DNA of 64,000 nucleotides from Minisyncoccia bacterium (GCA_041550235.1 JBFEPE010000003.1:1199-65198), one strand, 5' to 3'; counted from the first letter of the stretch, positions 1 through 10,376 are shown. The notes: generated by a model not told the origin, from the sequence alone. A program made the numbers and translations.

Positions 1-5
1 AAGAA

Positions 6-1019
6 GTGAAGGCAATATATTCTACGACATGGACGGCCATCACTGAAAATGGAATTAATCGGCTAATAGATTTAATAGACAAAACAGAAGTAAATGCAAT
101 CGTTATTGATATAAAAGATTATACTGGCAAGGTGTCATTTAATACAAATTCATTGATAATAAATTCAATGGAATCAGAAAATGGAAGAATATCTAATCTA
201 ACAAATCTTATTAAAAGATTTCATAATAAAAATATATATGCCATTGCAAGAGTTGCTATTTTTCAAGATTTATTTTTGGCGGAGAAAAGACCAGATTTAG
301 CAGTTCAGAGCAAGAGGGCGATTGATGATGGAAAAGACAAAAATTCAATTGATATAATTTGGCGAGATAAAAAAGATTTGGCATGGGTTGATCCTGCCAG
401 CCAAGAAGTTTGGAATTATACAATATCAATAGCGAAAGAATTAGACCGAGTTGGTTTTGACGAGATTAATTTTGATTATATAAGATTTCCATCGGATGGA
501 GATATGAAAGATATTTCCTACCCATTTTATGACGAGAAAAAACCAAGGCAGGAAATTCTAAGTAATTTTTTTAAGTATTTATCAGACAATCTTCGTCCTT
601 TGGGAATAAAAATATCAGTAGATTTATTTGGATTAGCGACAATAAATAGAGATGATTTGGGAATAGGGCAGGTATTGGAGACAGCCATTCCTTATTTTGA
701 TTTTGTTTGTCCAATGGTTTATCCATCTCATTATGCCAAGGGATTTTTGGGTTTTAATAATCCAGCGGAACATCCCTATGAAGTTGTCAAGTATTCGTTA
801 AGGACTGCTCAAGGTAGAATAGATGATTTCAAGAAAAAAAATCCTGATATAAATTTAGCCAAGATAAGACCATGGCTACAAGATTTTGATTTAGGGGCGA
901 CTTATGATGAGAAAATGATCCGTCTTCAAAAAAAGGCGGTTTATGATGTTGGTTTAGATGCCGGCTGGCTCCTCTGGGACCCCAAGAATCAATATACGAT
1001 TAGAGCATTGGATAAGTAA
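6..1019 (+). CDS. Putative glycoside-hydrolase-like TIM-barrel protein (GHL/DUF4015-type); GTG start at the window edge, so the 5' end may be truncated
   Basis: 337-aa ORF with the motif 'GFDEINFDYIRFP' typical of GHL-type hypothetical glycosidases; stop at 1017-1019. Confidence 0.5.
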   Translation: MKAIYSTTWTAITENGINRLIDLIDKTEVNAIVIDIKDYTGKVSFNTNSLIINSMESENGRISNLTNLIKRFHNKNIYAIARVAIFQDLFLAEKRPDLAVQSKRAIDDGKDKNSIDIIWRDKKDLAWVDPASQEVWNYTISIAKELDRVGFDEINFDYIRFPSDGDMKDISYPFYDEKKPRQEILSNFFKYLSDNLRPLGIKISVDLFGLATINRDDLGIGQVLETAIPYFDFVCPMVYPSHYAKGFLGFNNPAEHPYEVVKYSLRTAQGRIDDFKKKNPDINLAKIRPWLQDFDLGATYDEKMIRLQKKAVYDVGLDAGWLLWDPKNQYTIRALDK

Positions 1020-1439
1020 TGTTGATTTGAAAATATCCAGCAGGATATTCAGTAGTTTTTGAAATATATATAATTGATATTGCACTTCTATTAAAATATT
1101 AAAAAAATAAGTTAGAATATAATCAATAAATTATGGTAAATATAAAAGCGGTTTGGAATTTTTAAAATCAAAAACAAAATAAATGGATTTATTTAGCTTG
1201 CTCTCTTCTTGTATTGTGGATAATTATATTGACAAATTTTATTATGATAATATACTAATAATGTGCTTGTGGGACGAAAGTCCTTTCTCGGACAAGGAAT
1301 TCCTAAGCCGAAAGCAGGCACAACAAAAAAGATTTCTTTTCAAGAAGTCTTTTTTGATTATTTTATATTTTCATTTTAGTGTATCCATATTTTATCATAA
1401 TCTAATAATTATTAGAATAATTATAATTTAATTCATCAA

Positions 1440-2345
1440 TTATTTTCTTAAAAAATCATATATTAATTTTTTTGCTTTGGGATAATTGCTTATCCAAATT
1501 ATATTTTGATCTCTCTTCCACCAAGTCATTTGTCTCTTTGCGAACTTCCAGCTTTCAGATAATATCTTTTCAATCATTTCTTTTTTTGTGATGATTCCTC
1601 TCAAATATCTTGAGACAAAACGATATTCTAATCCAAAATTATCAATTCTTTGCCAACTTAACCCAATTTTTTTTAAATTTTTTATCTCATCAATCATCCC
1701 TTTTTTTAGTCTTGAATTAAGACGATGCTCAATTCTTTTTTTTAATTTCTCTGGAGATCTTTTTATACCTATTTTTAAATAGTTATTTTTTGAGATAAAT
1801 TTTTCCTTCTCTTTTTTTGTATCAATATTACTCATCGCTATTTCAATAGCCCGAATTAACCTTCTTTTATTTTTTCTATCAATATTTTTTGCTCTTTTTG
1901 GGTCCATTTTTTTTAATTTATTAAATAGTTTTTCTGCTGATAATTTTTCTAATTTTTTTCTTAATTCAAGATTTGGCTTAACTGGTGATATTTGGATGTC
2001 GCCAAGAAGTGAATCTATATAAAAAGCGGTGCCACCGCAAATAATTGGCAGCTTATTTTTCCTCCATATTTTTTTTATTTCTTTTTGGGCTAACTTTTGA
2101 AATCTGTTGGCTGAGAAATTTCTTTTTGGAGAGGCGATGCTTAATAGGTGGTGGGGGATACCCCTCATTTCTTTTTTAGTGATTTTTCCACTGCCAATAT
2201 CCATTCCCTTATATACTTGTCTTGAGTCAGCGGAAATAATCTCGCCATTGAATTTTTTTGCTATTTGGACTGCTAAATCCGATTTTCCACAAGAAGTCGG
2301 TCCCAATATAATTATCATTTTTTTATCGTCTTTTGAGTTAGTCAT
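1440..2345 (-). CDS. miaA: tRNA dimethylallyltransferase MiaA; start trimmed to the internal Met (MTNSKDD...)
   Basis: P-loop 'ILGPTSCGKS', 'ISADSRQVYKGMDIGSGK'; the ORF-track N-terminal extension (2346-2498) runs through GC hairpin repeats and is not credible coding. Confidence 0.85.
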   Translation of the reverse strand: MTNSKDDKKMIIILGPTSCGKSDLAVQIAKKFNGEIISADSRQVYKGMDIGSGKITKKEMRGIPHHLLSIASPKRNFSANRFQKLAQKEIKKIWRKNKLPIICGGTAFYIDSLLGDIQISPVKPNLELRKKLEKLSAEKLFNKLKKMDPKRAKNIDRKNKRRLIRAIEIAMSNIDTKKEKEKFISKNNYLKIGIKRSPEKLKKRIEHRLNSRLKKGMIDEIKNLKKIGLSWQRIDNFGLEYRFVSRYLRGIITKKEMIEKILSESWKFAKRQMTWWKRDQNIIWISNYPKAKKLIYDFLRK

Positions 2346-2410
2346 ATTTGATATTATAGCCGATGTTTTGAAAATTTTTAAGTAGTATTTTTTATAAAAA
2401 GATTGAACAT

Positions 2411-2440
2411 CCTCCCCGCCCCTTTGGGGCGGGGAGGAGG
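2411..2440. repeat. GC-rich palindromic hairpin 'cctccccgcccctttggggcggggaggagg'; related hairpins at 2462-2480 and 2540-2570
   Basis: Perfect inverted repeat visible in an AT-rich intergenic region. Confidence 0.8.
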
Positions 2441-2731
2441 GTGCAGGCATATTAAATACTTCCCCCGCCTGTGGCGGGGGAAGTATGGGTGTATTCAAAA
2501 TTTAGAACAAATAGAGAGTAAATATAAAAAAATAATAATATCCCCCCCCCGCCCGCAAGGGCGGGGGGATTGTCTTATCTTATCATCGCGAGAAGTGAGG
2601 CAACGATACTTTTCCACAGAAAAGATATTGATTATATTTTTAAATATGTAAAATGGTTGTTGGATGGATTAAAAAATATTTTTGAGAATAAAAAATAAAA
2701 AATAACATAAACTAAAAAAGGAGAAAAAACC

Positions 2732-2920
2732 ATGAAAAGAAGACTAAAAGAAAAAAAACTGAACCTCGGAAAGAAAACTATTACGAATTTAAGCAGAGAA
2801 GAGAGGAGTCATGTGGTAGCTGGAGAAGACACCGATCACCATTGTGGTTGCCTTTGCTCTATCGATGTGGCAACAAGCCTTGGTTTTTCGTGTGATAATG
2901 ACCCACCGCTTGTCCCATAA
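2732..2920 (+). CDS. Small Cys-rich peptide ORF (62 aa), function unknown
   Basis: Strong RBS 'aaaaaaggagaaaaaacc' before the ATG; hairpin plus T-tract terminator directly downstream; 'HHCGCLCS' motif. Confidence 0.35.
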   Translation: MKRRLKEKKLNLGKKTITNLSREERSHVVAGEDTDHHCGCLCSIDVATSLGFSCDNDPPLVP

Positions 2921-2941
2921 TCCCATAATTTTTTATCAACC

Positions 2942-2979
2942 GCCCCCGAACTGAAGTTTAGTTCGGGGGTGCTTTTTTA
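2942..2979 (+). terminator. Rho-independent terminator (cccccgaact...agttcggggg then TTTTTT)
   Basis: 10-bp inverted repeat followed by a T-run. Confidence 0.7.
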
Positions 2980-3007
2980 TTTCGATTATTTTTTGTTTTT
3001 TCTATAT

Positions 3008-3113
3008 AAAAAATGGGGTATAATATATTAATATATTGAGTGATGGGATATATCCCCCCGCCTACGGCGGGGGGATATATGAATGCCTAATAAAAAATGG
3101 GGTATAATATATA
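3008..3113. repeat. GC hairpin (3050-3078, 'atatccccccgcctacggcggggggatat') flanked by a direct repeat 'aaaaaatggggtataatatat' (3008-3030 and 3091-3113)
   Basis: The direct repeat, which contains a TATAAT-like box, is duplicated on both sides of the hairpin, immediately upstream of xfp. Confidence 0.7.
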
Positions 3114-5472
3114 TATGATGAGGAGAGATGAGATAAAATCAATAAAAAAATATTTTAGATTGGCGAATTATATTACTGTCGCCCAAATTTACTTACAAAA
3201 TAATTTCTTATTAGAAAAACCACTCTCGCCTGACGACATAAAACCACGATTATTAGGACATTGGGGGACATGCCCGGGCATAAACTTTACTTATGCCCAC
3301 CTAAATTTTTTAATAAAAAAAACAGGAGCAAATATATTATTTATATTAGGACCCGGTCATGGATTCCCCGCCCTTCAAGCAAACCTTTACTTAGAGGGAA
3401 CATTAAGAAAATTTTATCCCCAAGCAAAATTTGATGAGAGCGGACTATCATATATATCAAAAAACTTCAGTTGGCCTTATGGATTCCCAAGCCATACAAA
3501 TCCCGGAACACCCGGCTCAATACTTGAAGGCGGAGAATTAGGATATTCATTATCAACTGCATTCGGAGCAGTATTAGATAATCCAAATTTAATAGCTGCT
3601 TGTTTGATTGGAGATGGAGAGGCCGAAACAGGACCATTGGCAGCAAGTTGGCATTTAAATAAATTCTTAAGCCCATCTATCGATGGAGCAGTTTTGCCAA
3701 TTCTTCATTTGAATGAATATAAAATATCAGGACCAACAATATATGGAAGAATGAGCAGAAGAGAATTAAAAAATTATTTTTGCGGATGTGGGTGGCAACC
3801 AATATTTGTGAAGGGAAATTCATTGTTTGGAGATATAAAAATGAATATTGCTCTACAAAAATGTTATTCAATAATAAGGGATATTCAAGGAGGGAAAGAT
3901 AAAAAATGGCCGATGATTATTTTGGAAACACCTAAGGGATGGACGGGGATAAAGGAATTTAATGGCAAAAAAATTGAAGGAAATTATTTATCTCATCAAG
4001 TGCCTTTAAAAAATGTTAAAGATGATAAAGAAGAAAGAAGGGCATTGGAGGATTGGCTCCTTTCTTATGGAGCAAAATCTCTTTTCTCAAATGATAAGGG
4101 TCCAATAAGAGATGTTTTGTCTATTTTGCCAGAAGAAAATAAAAGAATGGGTAGGAATATCCACACAATGGCTGAAAAAGTTTCAAAAAATTTAGAATTG
4201 CCAGATTGGACTAAGTTCGCAGAGCCACCAAAGAATATGGGAGAAATTGGCTCAAGTAATATGAGAAGAATTGGAGATTATTTAGCAGAGGTTTTCTCAT
4301 TAAATAAGGGGGAAGCAAATTTTCGGCTATTTTCACCAGATGAAACATATTCTAATAAATTAGATGCAGTTTTCAAAAAGACAAAAAGAATATTTTTGTG
4401 GCCATTGAAAAAAACGGATGAAGATTTTTCTTCAAGAAGGGGAGGGGTGATAGAAATACTCAGCGAGCATTCTTTACAGGGAATTTTACAAGGATATGTC
4501 CTCACGGGAAGGCATGGAGTATTTGCTAGTTATGAGGCATTTATTGAAATTGTATCATCAATGGCAGACCAACTTGCTAAATTCTTGAAAGCAAGCAGGG
4601 AATTTCCATGGCGAAAGGGTGTGCCGTCTTTCAATTATATCCTCACATCATCAGGGTGGCGACAAGACCATAATGGATTTTCTCATCAAAACCCAAGCTT
4701 CATTGACGGACTGCTTCAATCAGGAAATGATTTTGTTTCTGCTTATTTTCCTGTTGATGGGACAATGTCGCTGGCAGTGATAGATTATTGTTTAAGAACA
4801 AGGGATAAAATAAATATTATTTCTGCTGGAAAAACATTGGAGCCAAAATGGTTGGGGATAAATCAGGCAAAAGATATGATGGAAAAGGGGATAGATATTT
4901 GGAATGATATAAGCGATAAGAATCCTGATATTGTTTTTGTTGGCATCGGCGATTATATGACGAAAGAATGTATTTATGCGATTGATCTTATCAAAAAAGA
5001 AATTCCAAAAGTTAAGGTGAGGTTTGTAAATATTTTAGAAATAAATTCTTTTGGTTTTGGAAATTATAATTGGAGAAAAAATAATCCTGATAAAGATTTT
5101 AATTTTTATTTTACTTCTAATAAGCCAGTTATATTTAATTTTCATGGATATCCTGAAACAATAAAGGATATATTATTTGATAAATCTAAAAATCCATCAA
5201 GGTTTAAGGTTTTCGGATATATTGAGAATGGCTCCACCACCACTCCTTTTGATATGCAAATAAGGAATAAGACGAGTAGATGGCATTTGCTAATGGAGGC
5301 GGTTTTGTCTCTTGAGGAAAAGAAGAAAATAAGCTCGGCTACTGCCAAAAAAATAATTGATAAGCATAACGAGAAAATATCAAAACATAATTCTTATATT
5401 AAGAAACACGGAGTAGATCTCCCCGAAATTCAGGATTTTGGTAAGAGTGGCATCAGCGAAGAAATATTATAA
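3097..5472 (+). CDS. xfp: Xylulose-5-phosphate/fructose-6-phosphate phosphoketolase
   Basis: 'GHWGTCPGINF', 'ILGPGHG', 'EGGELGYSLSTAFGAVLDNP', 'CLIGDGEAETGPLAASWH' are hallmark phosphoketolase/TPP motifs; the true start may be a few codons downstream (MMRRDE...). Confidence 0.9.
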   Translation: MGYNIYMMRRDEIKSIKKYFRLANYITVAQIYLQNNFLLEKPLSPDDIKPRLLGHWGTCPGINFTYAHLNFLIKKTGANILFILGPGHGFPALQANLYLEGTLRKFYPQAKFDESGLSYISKNFSWPYGFPSHTNPGTPGSILEGGELGYSLSTAFGAVLDNPNLIAACLIGDGEAETGPLAASWHLNKFLSPSIDGAVLPILHLNEYKISGPTIYGRMSRRELKNYFCGCGWQPIFVKGNSLFGDIKMNIALQKCYSIIRDIQGGKDKKWPMIILETPKGWTGIKEFNGKKIEGNYLSHQVPLKNVKDDKEERRALEDWLLSYGAKSLFSNDKGPIRDVLSILPEENKRMGRNIHTMAEKVSKNLELPDWTKFAEPPKNMGEIGSSNMRRIGDYLAEVFSLNKGEANFRLFSPDETYSNKLDAVFKKTKRIFLWPLKKTDEDFSSRRGGVIEILSEHSLQGILQGYVLTGRHGVFASYEAFIEIVSSMADQLAKFLKASREFPWRKGVPSFNYILTSSGWRQDHNGFSHQNPSFIDGLLQSGNDFVSAYFPVDGTMSLAVIDYCLRTRDKINIISAGKTLEPKWLGINQAKDMMEKGIDIWNDISDKNPDIVFVGIGDYMTKECIYAIDLIKKEIPKVKVRFVNILEINSFGFGNYNWRKNNPDKDFNFYFTSNKPVIFNFHGYPETIKDILFDKSKNPSRFKVFGYIENGSTTTPFDMQIRNKTSRWHLLMEAVLSLEEKKKISSATAKKIIDKHNEKISKHNSYIKKHGVDLPEIQDFGKSGISEEIL

Positions 5473-5530
5473 TTTGTGGATAATTGCTATTGATTTTTAA
5501 TTTTATTCCTGGTAAGATAAAAACACTATG

Positions 5531-5566
5531 AGCACCGGTTCTGCCTTTGGCAAGACCGGTTTTTTT
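5531..5566 (+). terminator. Rho-independent terminator after xfp
   Basis: 'caccggttctgcc tttg gcaagaccggt' hairpin followed by a T7 run. Confidence 0.65.
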
Positions 5567-5916
5567 ATTGTATAATCAAGGTAATGAAAATAGCGGTTTA
5601 TATTGATGGGAGTAATTTTTATAAATATCTCAAAGATAAAGAAATTTCCTTGCCAAAAGGAAAAAAGTTTAATTAAGCATTCTGATTTTAGTCGGCTCTT
5701 ATCAAGGGAGGATGTTTTTAATTTTTCAGAATGAGGTGGTAATATGATAAATGTATTCATAAAAAATGTAATAATTTATGTTTTGATTTTGATAATAATT
5801 TTTCAATTTTATTTAACCATGAGGTTAAAATTTATTATTAGTAAGTAAAAATAGATGAATGCTCTTTTTTGTCTTAAATGTGATTATGTGCTATTCTGAT
5901 AATAATCAGAAACAAT

Positions 5917-8433
5917 ATGTTTAACTTTTTGAAGAAAGACTCCGCGGAGGTATTTCGAAAGAAAAACTTAAAAACAATAGAGGCAATCAATAAATTAGAG
6001 CCGGAAATTGAGAAATTGAGCGATTTTTCTCTTAGAGAAAAATCGCTAAAATTAAAGGAGCAAATAAAAAATCCATCCGATTTGGATAATTTTTTAGTAG
6101 AAGGATTTGCTCTTATAAGAGAAGCCGCTAAAAGACAATTGGGACAAAGACACCGACCTTTTGATTCTCAAATGCTTGGAGGATTAGCAATGCATCAAGG
6201 AAAAATAATAGAGATGAAAACAGGTGAAGGGAAAACATTGTCTGCCACCGCCCCAGTTTATTTAAATGCCTTACTGGGAAGAGGAGTTCATATCGTGACC
6301 GTCAATGATTATTTAGCAAAAAGAGATGCAGTTTGGATGGGGCAAATTTATTATGCATTAGGATTATCAGTGAGTTGTATTGTTTCAGGCGATGCATTTA
6401 TTTACGACCCATCAGCCAATGGAAATTCTGATGAAGCAAGAGACAAAAAAGGATTTTTTCAAATAGAGGATTCATATTTAAGGCAGGTTGAAAGAAAAGA
6501 GGCATATCAAGCGGACATCACTTATGGAGCGAATCATGAGTTTGGATTTGATTATTTAAGGGACAATTTAGTTTATAAATTAGAGGACAAAGTCCAAAGA
6601 GGAAGATTTTTCGCAATCGTAGATGAGGTTGATAGTATTTTAATTGACGAGGCAAGAACACCGCTTATCATCACATTTCCCGAAAAAGAATCAAGTAAAT
6701 ATTATTCCCTTTTTTCACAAATTGCCCCTCAATTAAAAAAAGATGAGGATTATGAAGTTGATGAAAAATATCGCTCAGTGAGTATAAATGAATCAGGAAT
6801 TTCAAAAGTAGAAAAAATTTTGGGGATAGATAATCTTTATAGTCAATCAGGTTTTAGATACATCCATTATTTAGAAGAATCATTAAAGGCATTTGCGATT
6901 TTTAAGAAAGATAAGGATTATGTAGTAAAAAACAACGAAGTTTTAATTGTAGATGAATTTACAGGAAGAATTCTTGCAGGGAGAAGATATAGTGGGGGAC
7001 TCCATCAAGCATTGGAAGCAAAAGAAAAAGTTCCTGTTCGTCAAGAAAATAGAATTATGGCAAGCATTACTTATCAAAATTATTTCCGCTCATATGAAAA
7101 ACTATCAGGGATGACTGGGACTGCCCTCACATCAGCTGAGGAATTTGATAAGGTTTATGGATTGGAAGCGGTTGCAATCCCAACCAATAAACCAATTATT
7201 AGAAAAGACTTGCCTGATTTGATTTATAAGACAGAAAAAGAAAAATGGAGTGCGATTATTGAAGAAATAAGGGAGAAAAATGAAAAAGGTCAGCCAATTT
7301 TAGTTGGGACGGCATCAATTGAAAAAAATGAAAAATTATCAGGACTTCTTTCTCGAGTTGGAATTGAGCATAATCTTTTGAATGCAAAAAATCATGAAAA
7401 AGAAGCGGGAATTATTGCTCAAGCAGGGAAAAGGGGTTCAATAACAATCGCCACCAATATGGCAGGAAGGGGTGTTGATATTGTTTTAGGTGGCTCAAAT
7501 AGTAGCCCCGAGGAAGGAGATGAGATAAGAAAGTTGGGCGGATTGGCTGTTATTGCTACTGATAGACATGAGGCAAGAAGAATTGATAATCAGTTAAGAG
7601 GGCGAGCGGGAAGAATGGGCGACCCGGGCGAATCAAGATTTTTTGTTTCATTAGAAGATGATTTGATGAGAATTTTCGGTGGCGAAAAATTAAAGGGGAT
7701 GATGGAGAGATTTAATTATCCAGAAGGGGAGCCAATAGAATCAAAGTTTATTTCAAAGGCAATAGAGTCAGCCCAAAGCAAGGTGGAGGGCATGCATTTT
7801 GATGTAAGAAAACATACTCTTGAGTATGATGATGTTTTGAATAAGCACAGAACTTCTTTTTATAAAAAAAGGAATGAGGTTTTAGAGTCATCTAATTTAG
7901 AGGAATATACATATCAGATTATTAAAAAAAATCTGGAAAGATTTGCTGATGTTCCCAGTGAGGAATTGAATAGGGTATTAAGCGAATTGGAAATTGATTC
8001 TCCTCAAAATTTTGATTCTAAATTTCAGAAAATAAAGACAAATATTGGTATTGATTTATTTGAGCCAACTCTTAAGTCATTGATTTTAAGAATTTTGGAT
8101 TCGTTATGGACGGAGCATTTGGAAGATATGGACCATCTTAGAGACTCGGTTAGATTGAGGGCTTATGGGCATCATGATCCATTAGTGGAATATAGGAATG
8201 GGGGAAAGAAACTTTTTGATGAATTTTTTATGAGATTTGAGGCGATTTTATTTGAGAACTTTTTTAGATTAAAGAAGCCAGAGTTGTCTATTTCGTCTCA
8301 TCAGCCAAAGGTTCCAGCGAATAAGCCACCGTCATCATTATCAAATCCATCGTCGTCTAATTCCAAGATTGGAAGAAATGATCAATGTCCTTGTGGTTCA
8401 GGAAAGAAATATAAGAAATGCTGCGGCTTTTGA
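5917..8433 (+). CDS. secA: Preprotein translocase ATPase SecA
   Basis: 'HQGKIIEMKTGEGKTL' Walker A, DEAD-like 'VDEVDSILIDEARTPLII', C-terminal zinc finger 'CPCGSGKKYKKCCG'. Confidence 0.95.
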   Translation: MFNFLKKDSAEVFRKKNLKTIEAINKLEPEIEKLSDFSLREKSLKLKEQIKNPSDLDNFLVEGFALIREAAKRQLGQRHRPFDSQMLGGLAMHQGKIIEMKTGEGKTLSATAPVYLNALLGRGVHIVTVNDYLAKRDAVWMGQIYYALGLSVSCIVSGDAFIYDPSANGNSDEARDKKGFFQIEDSYLRQVERKEAYQADITYGANHEFGFDYLRDNLVYKLEDKVQRGRFFAIVDEVDSILIDEARTPLIITFPEKESSKYYSLFSQIAPQLKKDEDYEVDEKYRSVSINESGISKVEKILGIDNLYSQSGFRYIHYLEESLKAFAIFKKDKDYVVKNNEVLIVDEFTGRILAGRRYSGGLHQALEAKEKVPVRQENRIMASITYQNYFRSYEKLSGMTGTALTSAEEFDKVYGLEAVAIPTNKPIIRKDLPDLIYKTEKEKWSAIIEEIREKNEKGQPILVGTASIEKNEKLSGLLSRVGIEHNLLNAKNHEKEAGIIAQAGKRGSITIATNMAGRGVDIVLGGSNSSPEEGDEIRKLGGLAVIATDRHEARRIDNQLRGRAGRMGDPGESRFFVSLEDDLMRIFGGEKLKGMMERFNYPEGEPIESKFISKAIESAQSKVEGMHFDVRKHTLEYDDVLNKHRTSFYKKRNEVLESSNLEEYTYQIIKKNLERFADVPSEELNRVLSELEIDSPQNFDSKFQKIKTNIGIDLFEPTLKSLILRILDSLWTEHLEDMDHLRDSVRLRAYGHHDPLVEYRNGGKKLFDEFFMRFEAILFENFFRLKKPELSISSHQPKVPANKPPSSLSNPSSSNSKIGRNDQCPCGSGKKYKKCCGF

Positions 8434-8467
8434 TCTTGATTTATTAATTATTTTATCTCCTTCTTGT

Positions 8468-8528
8468 CATTCCTGTCCGCCAAAGGCGGATAATACTCCA
8501 TCAGCCTGCCCGCCTTCGGCGGGGAATC
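8468..8528 (-). repeat. Inverted copy of a ~61-bp composite two-hairpin repeat (direct copies at 33637-33697 and 47198-47258)
   Basis: The reverse complement reads 'gattccccgccgaaggcgggcaggctgatggagtattatccgcctttggcggacaggaatga', about 90% identical to the other two copies. Confidence 0.75.
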
Positions 8529-8747
8529 TCTACCTTGCTATTATCACTCATTCGCCATCCTTTAGACCCCCGCCTTCGCGGGGGTGACAGAGAGAGGATG
8601 CCTCTCTTATTCCCCGCCCCCGCATAGATTTAAATTTGACATATTCTATAATCTTTGATATTATTAGATTAGAGAATAGATAATATATTTTGTCTATTCT
8701 TGAAAATTTAAGATGATAGAAAATTTAAAAAATAGGAGGAAATTAAA

Positions 8748-9434
8748 ATGACTGAAGAAAAGAAAATTAAAGAGGGGAGTTTTTCTGCTAATCCCTTTGG
8801 GGGAATTATCCCTTATAAAGAAACGGGAGAAGAGAAAATAAAAAAGTTGGAGGCGATATTTTTTTTAATGAGAAAGGAAAGAAAAAGATTGCTATCTGCT
8901 GAAAAAACAGAAAAATTAAAAAGAATGATGCTGGATGATATAAGTTCTTTATTAAATCTCTATGCGGGAATATGCAGAAAGAAAAGATTTTCTCCGAAAA
9001 CCTTGGCGAAAATTGGTGATATCAACCGCACAAATAGACAGAAGATATATGGTTGGGAAAATGAAATGAAGGCATTTGGCATTGAAGACCTTGAATATCA
9101 TAAGGCCGTTGAAACACTCACGGAAAAGGAAAAATGGGATTTGTTTTTTATGATAATTGCCTTTGTGCAAAACAAGGGTTACGGGAACTTTGTTTATCAA
9201 TACGAAGAGTCCAATAAAGAGGATGGAAAATATTGGGAAATTTATTTTAAGGAAAATTGGAGCACATTGTTGAAAAAGATATTTTCTTTGGTCTTTGGGG
9301 AAGATTTTATTAATTATCTGATAGGCCTTGAGGGGGTTGTTGCGGACTCATCTTTGGAAATTCCAATTGAAAGGATTGCTGAACGATTTAAATCATTCAG
9401 CTTCAAATGGATTAATCTTGATTATTCTAAATAA
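8748..9434 (+). CDS. Hypothetical protein (228 aa)
   Basis: Long ORF preceded by the RBS 'aataggagg'; no recognisable motifs. Confidence 0.5.
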   Translation: MTEEKKIKEGSFSANPFGGIIPYKETGEEKIKKLEAIFFLMRKERKRLLSAEKTEKLKRMMLDDISSLLNLYAGICRKKRFSPKTLAKIGDINRTNRQKIYGWENEMKAFGIEDLEYHKAVETLTEKEKWDLFFMIIAFVQNKGYGNFVYQYEESNKEDGKYWEIYFKENWSTLLKKIFSLVFGEDFINYLIGLEGVVADSSLEIPIERIAERFKSFSFKWINLDYSK

Positions 9435-9577
9435 ATAAAAAGATGTCTCCTAAAAAGACAAAGCGGTTCCGCTGACTTTCCTTATTGGGGAAGGTCGGCG
9501 GGCTATTTTTTTACTCTTGAATATATTCAGCAGTATATTCAGTAGTTCTTAAAATATAATTCGACATAATTAAGCGA

Positions 9578-9630
9578 ATAATATTTTTTGAAAATAATAA
9601 AAAATGGTGTATTATGATAATATATAATTA
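9578..9630 (+). promoter_or_regulatory. Promoter-like 52-bp element, copy 1 (TTGAAA, 16 nt, TATTAT); near-identical copy at 10377-10433
   Basis: 'aatattttttgaaaataataaaaaatggtgtattatgataatatataatta' repeated upstream of two different genes; -35/-10-like hexamers spaced 16 nt apart. Confidence 0.5.
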
Positions 9631-9642
9631 ACTTAAAAAATT

Positions 9643-9834
9643 ATGGATAATCAAAGAAATAAAAATAACTCATTAAGACAACTTAAAAAATATGTTGATA
9701 ATTTAGATAGAACAAAGAGCATCACAACAAGAGGTAATTTTGAAAAAGAATGGAGGGAATTAAAGGAAATCGTCGAAGGAGCAAAAAGAATTAATAAAGA
9801 ACAAAAATGGAAAGAGGGCAATTTGAAGAAATAA
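9643..9834 (+). CDS. Small ORF (63 aa) overlapping the start of the PIN-like gene; possible antitoxin
   Basis: Overlaps the next ORF by 28 nt; no motif support. Confidence 0.3.
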   Translation: MDNQRNKNNSLRQLKKYVDNLDRTKSITTRGNFEKEWRELKEIVEGAKRINKEQKWKEGNLKK

Positions 9835-10367
9835 TTAGGAATAAATGGGTTGTATTTGATACAAATATACTTATCAAATCTTTTACATCTGAAAATTTTG
9901 AGAAATTCAAAGTCTTTTTTGATTATTTAAAAAATAATAATTGTGAAATAGTTAATTTTGATTTAGTAGGGTTTGAATTTACGAGAAATGATTATTGCCC
10001 TTCCGATATAGCACATAAAGAAATATTTTTAAAAAAGATTGGTGCGATTTTGTTAAATTTCAATCATGCACCTGATTTATTGGAGGAGGCATTGGAAATT
10101 TCAAGAATATATTCTCATAAAGGGATTCAAAAAGGAAAAATATCTTTAGTGGATTGTTGCCTTGGGGCATTATTAAAAATATATAATAAAAATATTTTTT
10201 TAGCGACATTAAATCACAAAGATTTTCCAACTATTCTATTTGATAGAAAATTCATTTTCCCTATTGATGCTGATGATGATATTCATACAATAGCATTCTA
10301 TAGGTTTAATAATAACAAATGGGCGACATTAAAGAATGATTTTGATAAAATTCAGCAATCTCAATAG
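9807..10367 (+). CDS. PIN-domain-like protein (possible VapC-type toxin)
   Basis: N-terminal 'VVFDTNILIKSF' resembles the PIN domain first strand with the catalytic Asp; assignment is tentative. Confidence 0.4.
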   Translation: MERGQFEEIIRNKWVVFDTNILIKSFTSENFEKFKVFFDYLKNNNCEIVNFDLVGFEFTRNDYCPSDIAHKEIFLKKIGAILLNFNHAPDLLEEALEISRIYSHKGIQKGKISLVDCCLGALLKIYNKNIFLATLNHKDFPTILFDRKFIFPIDADDDIHTIAFYRFNNNKWATLKNDFDKIQQSQ

Positions 10368-10376
10368 GGGCGGGTA

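Noticed and set aside
2346-2498. N-terminal extension of the miaA ORF (MNTPILPPPQAGEV...)
   Set aside because: It runs through GC palindromes and encodes a Pro/Gly-rich tail. A good internal Met at 2345 immediately precedes the conserved P-loop.
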